A stretch of DNA of 64,000 bases from Balanoglossus misakiensis (Eukaryota; Animalia; Hemichordata), in NCBI GenBank assembly GCA_040954595.2, contig CM082597.2, positions 1,656,886 through 1,720,885 of the forward strand. Reading direction: 5' to 3'. This document shows positions 13,921-23,340 of the stretch, in pieces (within the stretch, counting starts at the first letter, position 1; each line of letters opens with the position of its first letter). A program made the position numbers and the translations under genes. The notes beneath the pieces are model-generated. The model was given only the letters and a program-made list of their open reading frames with translations. It was not told the DNA's origin and did no database searches.

Positions 13921-13936
13921 CATGGACGTCCACATG
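13921..13936. mobile_element. Degenerate micro-palindrome with 7-bp flanking repeat
   Basis: CATGGACGTCC(AC)ATG flanked by gtctgtg (13914-13920) and atctgtg (13937-13943), a 6/7 match. Confidence 0.45.
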
Positions 13937-13950
13937 ATCTGTGGTTGCTG

Positions 13951-14050
13951 CAGTTTGCAGCCCCTCCATCTCCCCTGGACGATTTTTGGTTTTGAGGGGA
14001 GGCCTGCCCTCTCCCCGCAAAACCCCAAATCGTCCAGGGGCTGCAAAGTG
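13951..14050. mobile_element. Fold-back MITE-like element
   Basis: Inner arms cccctggacgatttttggttttgaggggag / ctccccgcaaaaccccaaatcgtccagggg match 27/30. Outer arms are ca[g]tttgcagcccct / aggggctgcaaagtg. No clean TSD. Confidence 0.6.
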
Positions 14051-14570
14051 TGTGGGTCAACAATAGAACTCGCTCGCAACAGGCTGTCATTAGCGAAACT
14101 TGAATAATCAGAGGTCGTCTACAATAGAAGGAAATAGAAATTCGGTTATGTCACTGTACATGTATTTAAATTTTAGCCTTTCAGTTTCAACACATGAGGC
14201 AGGGCGGGTTTCAGTCGGACATTCTTTGTCTACATTCCAATGACCTTTGACCCTCTGTTAGTATTGCAGGATCACTTGGCCCACTGTACGTCACTATTGT
14301 TCGCAAGGCTCCACAACTGACATGAATGCTTTTCAAACTGAAAACGAGGTCTTAAAAACGTCGCACTGACCATATACAGTATATGCACTGATTCGCCTCA
14401 GATGTACCAGTGGGCCAGACGTACAAAAATGCAGGTTTCTGTTCATATGATTGGCTAACACCTCTTGAGAACATATTTTTGTACACGAGGTAAGTTAAAA
14501 ATTAAAATTCCATGGTATACTGGGGGGGGGGGGGGGGGCACTACTTGTACTATTGCTTGGTGACGTGGAC

Positions 14571-14592
14571 CATAGACCCTCGAGGGTCTATG
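14571..14592. mobile_element. Perfect 22-bp palindrome with exact 7-bp flanking repeat (putative P-superfamily footprint)
   Basis: cgtggac-CATAGACCCTCGAGGGTCTATG-cgtggac; the repeat (14564-14570, 14593-14599) is unambiguously 7 bp. Confidence 0.7.
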
Positions 14593-15708
14593 CGTGGACT
14601 AAACCCGTTCTCATGTTGACACTTGCTGTGTGTACAGTAACTCCGAGTACAGTATCCTTTGAATGTTTACCCACAGAGCAAACTGATTATTGGATTATCT
14701 ACTGAAGTGTTATATTCTGTCAATATTCGCTTGAAAGTATATAGTGGTGGTCTGACTGGGCGACGATGTTGACACCAATGTCATAAACCGCATGATCTGC
14801 AGTGACCTCTCGTGGAATTTATGACCACAAGTTCTATTTCTGCACAATTAAATCAATACTCTGACAGATCTATGATACATCCTTGAACAGATCCGGGTGC
14901 ACGGAAAAAAAGCTAAGAGTAGATAACGCAAGACTGTGCATGCGCAGACACATTACGACTGTTAGCTAGCACAGTGTTAATACTAGTACATGCATCTAGC
15001 AGAACGCACATTGCCACACCCAAACAGAACTGTCAAGGCCGCTTGCTCATGCTCCAACAACAGTATAAGGGACTGTGCCATGTTTATGACTCTGACACAC
15101 CCTATCCGCAATGGCGATTCGTGGCACCGATAATGATATGCTCTGTGCCACGTGACCGTGTCACTGGTAAATCTTTGCTACTGATTTATGCCAGTACATA
15201 ATTAGGATTCAATCGTTCATGTTACGTCATCGTATGTGTTAGGCCTACTTCACGACATTCGTTAATATTTAATTTTTATTAGTAGTATCGACCGCTTCCA
15301 CGTGCGTACCTGTGTGCGTACGTACTTCATGTCCTATGTTGATACAGGTCAGGGTTGGGGAAAAGTTTTCTAGACGGTGTCGTCACAAAACTTGTTGGAT
15401 TTCTTCGAAACTTTAATATGTAGAACCAATTTTTTACTCGATGCGACTTTTGGAAAGAGGGTGGAACTACCCACCCTTCTGGCTAAATGATTGTATAATT
15501 CTGAATTAAAATCGGACCATGTTATGTTTTCTGTTGCTGTTTTGGTGTGTTGGGGTGGGGGTGGTTAGTAACCCGTGTTTGCAAGTGTCTGCGTACAGGT
15601 TAGCTTCACCGGCCTACTTACAGTTTAATTTCATTATATAGCCAAAGGTTATACCACACCACGTGTATTAATTTATCTGTTTTCTGCAAACTCTCACAGC
15701 TTTTCAGA

Positions 15709-17879
15709 ATGCCACCATCAAAGGAACCGAGTCGTTTGAAGGGCGGTTTGAGAATATCAGTTGTCTTCGCCTGTCTTATTTCTGCGTGTCTTATTCTTAT
15801 GTACAGTCCTGTGTACAATACCCGGACGCGGATAATGCATGTTCCGGCTTATCGAGCAAAGGCAAGTAGTGACGTCTTAAATGACCGCCATTGTTGTACC
15901 CACAATGCTAGTCTTTTCACTGGACACTGTCCTGGGTGTGGCGTTGAAATTCAAGAGTGTTTTTTTTGTGCGTGTTTTTTTTCCTTGGGGGGGGGGGGGG
16001 GGGGGTCAAGAGATTGTGAGTGAGGTACCTGACACATTAGCCCGGAGACCAGGGCGTCGGGGAAAATTCTAGATCGACGCCCTGGTCTCCGAGCTACTGA
16101 CACATCAGTATCTCTAGAGAAGCCAGAAGTTCGCGAAAAACAGGCGTGGTTGGATAAACCACGGTCACTCCACAAAGACCGTGGATAAACATTTAGTCCA
16201 GGGTGACCCTTGGCCTTGAGTTGGGTGTAACCGAACTACGCCCTTAGTGAACCTTTTGTTTCTGAACAACGCATCTCACACCTAGACAAAATGTCAACCA
16301 CAACGACATCAAATCTCACAAAAAATTCTAACATTGCTTTTCGTCTTCACAGAATGTGTCTCATCCAATAGCTGTTGCGCCAAGCAAGCCTCGTAGTGAA
16401 CAAAATGTCGATGTTGCATCCAGACAGACAGTGCAAAATAACCTAACAATAAGACCCTCCAACACCCGCCCTTCGGATAATAACATCACGATTCAAAATA
16501 AGATTGTGGCACCACCTGTTAAAATTGTGCCCCCTCATCTCTGTACTGTGAAGGAATATCCAGAGAAATTTATTCTGGACACTGCCGGGAAAGATACACA
16601 GGACGGCGTCGTTGCATTACAGGCGTGCACACCAGAAAAGTTGACGATTAGGAGTGTCGGCCAAAATGGAGAAAACGTGACCTGTGAACCCTGGATTGAC
16701 ATGTACGGCAGGATTGTGGGACCAAATTTGGGGACATACCCAATGACTAAGGTGTACAGTTTATATTTCAACAAGGTTAAGATGTCCTACTCTCATGACA
16801 GTAATTTCGACGTGAATTTACCGCCTTTAGATCCTGGACTGTATCGCTTGGAAATTTTATTGGCACATAACGAACAAGGCAGAGACCGCATCTACAATAC
16901 ACTTTACCCGGTTCCTTGCATAGACCAACTGGTTGTGAACACCCCGCTGTCAATCAAAATGATTGACAGGGGAAAGTGCCAACAACAGCCGCAGAGTACA
17001 CCTGTATGTACTTCAGGGGATATTCCCGGTCGGTGGGTAACTGCGCCGAAAAATGGCTGCGATGGGAAAGTGTGTGAGGGGGACATAAATGTTCTCGCCA
17101 GTTCTCGTCGCGTGTGGGCGCCATATGATTGCCATTACAAGTTATTCGGACCAGAGGACTTGAAACAGTGCATCAGCGGAAAGAAAGTTTTGGTTATAGG
17201 AGATTCAATCACGGAGGAAATAGTAAATGAAATTATGCAGATATACCATTATAAACCCACCAAGCCATTATTACGAAAAACCGAACTGGTGAAACAAAAA
17301 TTATGGCTTGGTAGACCAAATCGCTGGTCTGCACCTCTGGAAGGTAACAGTCGAATCGGATTCAGCTTCGTGTTGGCAAAGCCCCTCGGATGCGGGATTA
17401 CGTGTGTGACCAGCAAAACTGACCAGATTCTACGTAAACTTCTCACACCGTATGGAAAAGTAGATCTAATCGTTGCATTGACAGGCCTACACGATGCCTG
17501 TCCACGCAGAAGAAATAAAATATACGACGTCTTTGGCATTTATAAAAACAACTTGGGGTTATTTGAAACGAAGCTTCGTAACCTGCTGACCGACAATGGT
17601 CGTATTGTTTGGGTCAACTCTCCGGAGGGTGGCGCCGGTCATCGCTGTACCTATCTCTCAAAACCACGTCTGCATAAAATGAGCGATCTCACTTCAAGTT
17701 TTCTCAGCACCCGTAACGACATCTCGTTTGTTGATTATCTGAACGTGTCGGGAAGTTGTTACTGTGGCAACGAGCATAAAGGAATTAGGTTTTATAAAAG
17801 TAGCGTTCCCACGAAGGTCTACAATGGATTCATTTCTCGCATGGTGACGCACATCATACTGAACACCTACTGCAATTAA
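15709..17879 (+). CDS. NXPE/PC-esterase-like SGNH type II membrane protein, paralog 4; join(15709..15861,16353..17879), ~559 aa, GC-AG intron
   Basis: TM ISVVFACLISACLILMY. Donor AAG/gcaagt at 15862, branch-like ttctaac at 16326, acceptor tcgtcttcacag at 16352; phase 0 as in paralogs 1-3. Motifs VLVIGDS, GLHD, CYCGNEHKG. Confidence 0.87.
16038..16096. mobile_element. 59-bp non-autonomous DNA transposon, TAG..CTA ends, 22-bp TIR, 9-bp TSD (Academ/AcademH-like)
   Basis: TIRs tagcccggagaccagggcgtcg / cgacgccctggtctccgagcta (1 mismatch). Exact TSD ctgacacat at 16029-16037 and 16097-16105. Confidence 0.8.
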
Positions 17880-18327
17880 AACCCCACTCGCATATTTTAA
17901 AACTATTTTCAAGATTTTTTGCTTATAAATAAATTGATATCAATATGTTGTACTTGACAAGAGATGTGTATCGACTCGTTAATACATGTGACAGCCCACA
18001 AGAAAGTTCTTGAAAAAATTAAGGGTAGGAAAAAAATAGCAGGGGATCATGTACGCTGGAAAGTCGCCATTTATTTTAAAGTCTAAGTATCTGCCGCGGC
18101 CGTTTATTTCGTAATTCTGTTTTCAGGACATTGGCTGCAGGTCGTCGGGTGAACTTTCCAATGTACTTTGAACTGTCCCTAGCCTATATACATATATAAT
18201 GACTTCAAGAAGGGAGTCTTAGTCATTGACCCTCACTGCCCTGAAGTTGCATTGTTCAAGTCGAATGCCTGTCTGAGGCCTTTTCATTGAAGTCTATCCA
18301 AGTCACTTCGTGGTTGGTGTAATACGG

Positions 18328-18370
18328 TAATGACATATAGGGTATAACCGTTATACCCTATATGTCATTA
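18328..18370. repeat. Perfect 43-bp palindrome (21-bp arms, 1-nt spacer)
   Basis: taatgacatatagggtataac-c-gttataccctatatgtcatta. Confidence 0.95.
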
Positions 18371-18411
18371 ATCATACAAAGTAATTAAAAATACTCAACA
18401 ACTCATTAAAA

Positions 18412-18516
18412 TGACGTCACGCAAGACTGGTTTTAGTTAATACGTTTTTTTTTTATTAATACCGGGCTACGTAGTAAAAGCCCAGACTCTCTGGGAAAGC
18501 GCACATGTCACGTGAC
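18412..18516 (+). promoter_or_regulatory. Candidate promoter motifs of paralog 5: CRE (TGACGTCA) and palindromic E-box/CLEAR-type GTCACGTGAC
   Basis: Motifs at 18412-18419 and 18507-18516 lie upstream of a strong donor AAG/gtgagt at 18666, which can splice to the acceptor at 19167 just before the ATG. Confidence 0.35.
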
Positions 18517-19168
18517 GACACCACACCAAGGGTCATGCTTGGTCACAGGTGCAAAGATTCCAACGTTAGTACCAAGTCGATTCCGGCGCACGACCACGGT
18601 GACGCAAAGACAGGAGTCTGTTTACACGAAGCTAAATATCCATCATTGACCTATTTGACTGCAAGGTGAGTTGTCCGCCAAAGTTTGTACCTTATACATG
18701 CATGCATATGTTCATATGTACACTCTACGACTTGCGTTTTGAGCGAAACAGTCACGTAGTGGACCAGTAATGGCGGATCGACAGCAACGTGGTTCAGCCA
18801 TTGCAGACACTCTTGTTGTTGTCAAAAAATTGCGATCAGGGCTGGCGAGGGAAATTTAAACTACTCATTCTCTATTCTTGGTTCTCGCATTAGCCCATGT
18901 GTGAATTAATTTTAAAGTTGGTCAATATTTTGTTGTCCATCAAAATGTTTAATCAAGAAAATACATTCCCTTAAGATAAATATGATAATTAAGTGAGGGA
19001 GGGGCTTCAACCATCGATCCTCAAAAATTAACTCGAATGGTTGCTTCGTTTTGAATATAGGTCTGTGTGACCTGGATGGGCATAGGCCTGGTCTAAATAT
19101 GAATGAAGGGCGTGCGTAGTACACAATACACCATGTACGTTTTCCTTTCAACTAAATTGTTCCGCAGA

Positions 19169-20605
19169 ATGGCAGTATCGAGAGAACCAACTACTCTATT
19201 GAGCGTAAAAGTAGGCCTACCAGTTCTTGTGGCCTGTGTCATTTCAGTGGGCCTGGTTGTGATGTATAGTCTTCTGTACACAACACCGGAATTTGTACTC
19301 GACACCGTTGGTGAAGATACGGAGGGAAACAACGTTGTTTTAGAAGCGTGCACACCAGAAAAGTTGACGATTAGGAGTGTAGGCCAAAATGGAGAAAACG
19401 TGACCTGTGAACCCTGGATTGACATGTACGGCAGGATTGTGGGACCAAATTTGGACAATTACCCACAGGCTAAGGAGTATAGTTTATATTTCAATAAGGT
19501 TAAGATTTCCTACTCTCATGCCGGTAATTTCGACGTGAATTTGCCGCCTCTTGAACCTGGGCAGTATCGCTTGGAAATAATATTGGCTCATAATGAAGAA
19601 GACAGAGACCGCATCTACAATACACTTTACCCGGTTCCTTGCATAGACCAACTGGTTGTGAACACCCCGCTGTCACTCAAAATGATTGACAGGGGAAAGT
19701 GCCAACAACAGCCGCAGAGTACACCTGTATGTACTTCAGGGGATATTCCCGGTCGGTGGGTAACTGCGCCGAAAAATGGCTGCGATGGGAAAGTGTGTGA
19801 GGGGGACATAAATATTCTCGCCAGTTCTCGTCGCGTGTGGACGCCATATGATTGCCATTACAAGTTATTCGGACCAGAGGATCTGAAACAGTGCATCAGC
19901 GGAAAGAAAGTGTTGCTCATAGGAGATTCGATCGCAGAAGAATTAACAAACGAAATGTTGCAGATTTACTATTATCTACCACACAGGCCACTCTTACTAA
20001 AAAAGAAAATGACGAGAAGTAAATTATGGCTGGGCAGGCCGGAGCGCTGGTCTCCACCTTTGGAAGGTAACAGTCGAATTGGAATGAACTTCATCATGGG
20101 AACGCCTCTCGGGTGCGGGATTACATGTGTGACTAGCCAGAGCGACGAGGATTTAGAACAACGTCTGACGCCATATGGAAAGGTAGATCTATTAGTAGTA
20201 ACAACAGGTATACACGACGCCTTTCCGCAGGGACCAAATAAACCATACGACGTCTTTGGCATTTTTGAAAACAACTTGGGGTTATTAGAATCAAAACTAC
20301 ACAAATTATTGAATGAAAATGGGAGTATGATTTGGTTAAACGCCCCAGAGAGCAGTGGTGGCCCTCGCTGTACCGTTCTCTCAAAACCACGTCTGCAGAG
20401 AATGAGCGACCTCACAACAGAATTTCTCCACTCTCATGATAATGCCATTTCTCTTGTCGATTATTTTAATATCTCTGGAAGCTGTTACTGTGGCGACGAG
20501 CATAAAGGAATAAGGTTTTATAAAACAAGTGAAGCGTCGAAAATTTACAATGGTTTTATTTCTCGCATGGTGGCGCACATCATACTCAACATGTACTGCA
20601 ATTAA
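19169..20605 (+). CDS. NXPE/PC-esterase-like SGNH type II membrane protein, paralog 5; single coding exon, stemless, ~478 aa
   Basis: Acceptor cag/A-ATG context matches paralog 4, and MAVSREP aligns with MPPSKEP. TM LPVLVACVISVGLVVMYSLLY runs directly into PEFVLDT. Motifs VLLIGDS, GIHD, CYCGDEHKG. Confidence 0.9.
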   Translation: MAVSREPTTLLSVKVGLPVLVACVISVGLVVMYSLLYTTPEFVLDTVGEDTEGNNVVLEACTPEKLTIRSVGQNGENVTCEPWIDMYGRIVGPNLDNYPQAKEYSLYFNKVKISYSHAGNFDVNLPPLEPGQYRLEIILAHNEEDRDRIYNTLYPVPCIDQLVVNTPLSLKMIDRGKCQQQPQSTPVCTSGDIPGRWVTAPKNGCDGKVCEGDINILASSRRVWTPYDCHYKLFGPEDLKQCISGKKVLLIGDSIAEELTNEMLQIYYYLPHRPLLLKKKMTRSKLWLGRPERWSPPLEGNSRIGMNFIMGTPLGCGITCVTSQSDEDLEQRLTPYGKVDLLVVTTGIHDAFPQGPNKPYDVFGIFENNLGLLESKLHKLLNENGSMIWLNAPESSGGPRCTVLSKPRLQRMSDLTTEFLHSHDNAISLVDYFNISGSCYCGDEHKGIRFYKTSEASKIYNGFISRMVAHIILNMYCN

Positions 20606-20990
20606 AATCCCCTTTAGGCCTACATTGTTTTCATGGTTTAATCCAAATAATTTTTGTGTACTCACTGAGTGATGTGTGATTATACTTTTTAATAATTGCT
20701 GTTGAACAAGTGAGCTGTGTAGCGGGTTTAGAGTAGAAATTATTATAATATTGTCGGATGTAATCCTTAACTTTTTCAACTGTTGTATTGTTCCATACAT
20801 ACCATTGAAAATGGGCATTATACTTAAATAATCGCATTAAATTTTTGTTTGTGTCTGAATATTTTATTCTTGGTGTTTTAACGGTTTTACTCAATTATCT
20901 CAGTCTATAAATCACAACACGCTCCAGGATACCTCAACTAAAGTCTGTAAATCAACCCCTTCCCTTTTCGCCGGCTGCTTTTCTCGGTTA

Positions 20991-21068
20991 ATGAAACAGT
21001 TGCCGTAAACAGGTGTGTAGCTTCCGGCGAATGAAACGGTTGCCGTAAAAGGGTATGCAGTTTCCGGC
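20991..21068. repeat. Two-copy 40-bp tandem repeat in the TRIM 3' region
   Basis: atgaaacagttgccgtaaacaggtgtgtagcttccggcga / atgaaacggttgccgtaaaagggtatgcagtttccggctg. Confidence 0.9.
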
Positions 21069-21099
21069 TGTGTCCAGCTGTGTCTTCTCGGTACGGTCC

Positions 21100-23061
21100 T
21101 TATTTTCTCAGTCTATAAACCACGACACGGTGGTTCTGGCTGTCTGCGATTATGACTTTGTACGGCTCGTCAGACGTGATCACGACTCCTCTCGGCACGT
21201 TGAGTTCGTCTTCAACTGAATCCACGCGGCAGATAAATTCACCACCGGAAGTGAACATCTGAACTCGGTCATCGCTGGTGACGAAGATATTGTCGTCCCT
21301 GTCCACGGCCACTCCTCGCGGGTGCTCAAATTCCCCATCTGCATCTCCGTGTTTGCCGAAGTTGTGCACATACTTCCCGTCTTTGTCGTACACCTGGACT
21401 CTGTGGTTCTGGTTGTCGGCAACGATGATATTTCCGCGGCTGTTTCTTGTCATGAAACATGGCCGACTGACCTCGCCGTCTGCTGAACCTTCGCGCGCCA
21501 TTGTGTTCCGGAAGGATCCATACCTGGAGAACACTTGGACGCAGCTCATGGTGACGTCAGAGACATAGAAGAATCCCTTCTTGTCGGAGTAGACAACCCC
21601 ACACGGTCTTTTCAAGAGATCCTCGTCCCAGAATATCATCTTCACTTTGCCGTCCAAGTCGCATATAATCACGGTCTTGTTGGCAAAGTCCGAAACTGCA
21701 ATCTCGTCCTGATTGAGGACTTCGATCGCCATGGGAACCACGTCATCCTCCATCTCGGGAATGGTGAACTTCTTTAGAAATTCGCCATCTTGATCGAAGA
21801 GTTGGATCCGCCCATTGCCAGTGTCGGCGACGATGACGTTATCGTCCGGCAAGAGTGCTACCCCATCCGGGTAACTGAGCTCGCCATCACCATCTCCATG
21901 TTTTCCAAACGACGCGATGTGATCGAACGCCGGACAGATAACTGGGCTGTCATTTTTCGTCTTTCTGTCACCTGCCACGACTTTACCCAACTTCTCTTTG
22001 ACAATTCTCTTCTCCACACTCTTGCTCTTCTCGAATCTCAGTCCAACCACCACCGGGATGTACTCTATGTCTTCCTGGGGGAATTTCTTCACCCGTTCGT
22101 CTAGCTGTTTCTCGAGGCACAGGATGCCAACTTCGTTGCTCTGTTTCAACAAGTCATCGGCGAATGTCCGGCAGCCATCGTAGTTGCCTCTCAGCTTTTT
22201 CAACTTATCTAGTTTTACTTTCATTGTCTTTTTTCTGCTATCGTACTCTTTCTCCAGTTCCTCCTGAAGATCTTGTTCCTGTTGCTCGATTTGTAGTTTC
22301 ATCTTCCGGAAGTGCTCGCCCATCTGTTGTCCTGCGTTTTCATTGGCCTCTTCCAGTTCTTTCGTCATTTCCGTCAACAGTGCCACCGTCCTATCGATCT
22401 TGGAGATCTCGCGTTGCAGGAAGCTCTTCAAGTCGCCCACTTTCACCCTAGTCGTGGCGGCCGCATCGACTATCTCTTCGTGTTCGTGGTCCGGCTTGGA
22501 GTGCTCGTACACGGAACACTCGAGACAGATTGGGATTTCGCAAGTACGGCAGTATAATTTGAGCTGATTGCCTTCGTGGCTCGGGCAAATGACTGGCTTC
22601 ATGAAGGGAGACTCATCACTCAGCATGACTTCATATTCCTCCATGCTGACAAGCTTGTGGTTTCTAGTGACGCGGATTTTCCCGTGGCTGTCCGTACAAC
22701 CCGTGCAGAACGCCTGGCCACATTCCACGCAGTAGGCGGCGACCGGTTGCTTAGTACAGCTCTCGCACATCTTCCCGCCGTACTTACTCTCCGACCGCGA
22801 CACCAGCTCCAACAGGTTGTTCAGAAGTTGGTTGTCTGCTAAGCCTGGTGCGCCCCCTTTCGGTATCAGGAAGAGTTTCCGGCAGAGAGGACATTTCGGT
22901 CTCTTTCTACGCCGTGCGTCTGATGCTATGCACGCCTCGCAGAAGGAGTGAAAGCAAGGCAGTATTTTGGGTTTCTGGTACCGCTCAAGACAGATGGGGC
23001 ACTGCAGGAAGCGATCATCCATCTCTTTGTGGACGACACGTCCTGACAACGTCGCACCCAT
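21100..23061 (-). CDS. TRIM-NHL E3 ubiquitin ligase (TRIM2/3/71-like, no filamin domain), ~653 aa, single coding exon
   Basis: C3HC4 RING (CPIC..PCFHSFCEAC..CPLC), B-box1, B-box2 (CPSH..YCRTC..ICLEC..H..H), coiled coil and six NHL repeats (ADTGNGRIQ, ADNQNHRVQ, ADSQNHRV). Splice acceptor 10 nt before the ATG; candidate 5'UTR donor at 24243. Confidence 0.93.
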   Translation of the reverse strand: MGATLSGRVVHKEMDDRFLQCPICLERYQKPKILPCFHSFCEACIASDARRRKRPKCPLCRKLFLIPKGGAPGLADNQLLNNLLELVSRSESKYGGKMCESCTKQPVAAYCVECGQAFCTGCTDSHGKIRVTRNHKLVSMEEYEVMLSDESPFMKPVICPSHEGNQLKLYCRTCEIPICLECSVYEHSKPDHEHEEIVDAAATTRVKVGDLKSFLQREISKIDRTVALLTEMTKELEEANENAGQQMGEHFRKMKLQIEQQEQDLQEELEKEYDSRKKTMKVKLDKLKKLRGNYDGCRTFADDLLKQSNEVGILCLEKQLDERVKKFPQEDIEYIPVVVGLRFEKSKSVEKRIVKEKLGKVVAGDRKTKNDSPVICPAFDHIASFGKHGDGDGELSYPDGVALLPDDNVIVADTGNGRIQLFDQDGEFLKKFTIPEMEDDVVPMAIEVLNQDEIAVSDFANKTVIICDLDGKVKMIFWDEDLLKRPCGVVYSDKKGFFYVSDVTMSCVQVFSRYGSFRNTMAREGSADGEVSRPCFMTRNSRGNIIVADNQNHRVQVYDKDGKYVHNFGKHGDADGEFEHPRGVAVDRDDNIFVTSDDRVQMFTSGGEFICRVDSVEDELNVPRGVVITSDEPYKVIIADSQNHRVVVYRLRK

Positions 23062-23134
23062 CCTTCTAGTCTGCAAGAGAAACGACGAGTCTCACCAGGT
23101 AATCTTTATGTCACACTCTATGTACCTGAGATAA

Positions 23135-23340
23135 TATGCGCCTTGAAAAATACAGTGTTAAACTTCAATGTTCCCATATTTTTCTCAAGGCAACTTTCAG
23201 ATTATTTTCTCTTAATTTTGAGAGTAAAAATTGGGGGCGGGGGTCACCGTGCAAAATTTTGAAGGAGCGAGCAAAATAATCTCAAATTTGAATTTCAAAA
23301 TGGCCGCCAGTCTGTATGTTAATTACAATGTATAAGGAAA
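23135..23340. repeat. Interspersed MITE-like repeat fragment, second copy at ~38130-38265
   Basis: Both loci share ctcaaggcaacttt(c)agattattttctctta...aaaaattggggg...gtc.c.gtg..a.attttgaa...aatttgaa.ttcaaaatg. Confidence 0.75.

Noticed and set aside
3528-20605. Idea that the long ORFs are a bacterial operon or contamination
   Set aside because: They have spliceosomal introns in conserved phase, type II anchors and N-glycosylation sequons, and are interspersed with host-type repeats.
20991-21068. Repeat pair as a CRISPR-like array (also 42403-42505 and 53002-53073)
   Set aside because: Only 2-3 units, no unique spacers, no cas genes, and a eukaryotic context.
21180-23069. Many antisense or alternate-frame ORFs over TRIM, NHL, TPR and SGNH genes
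   Set aside because: Shadows of codon bias in the real CDS, with no independent features.
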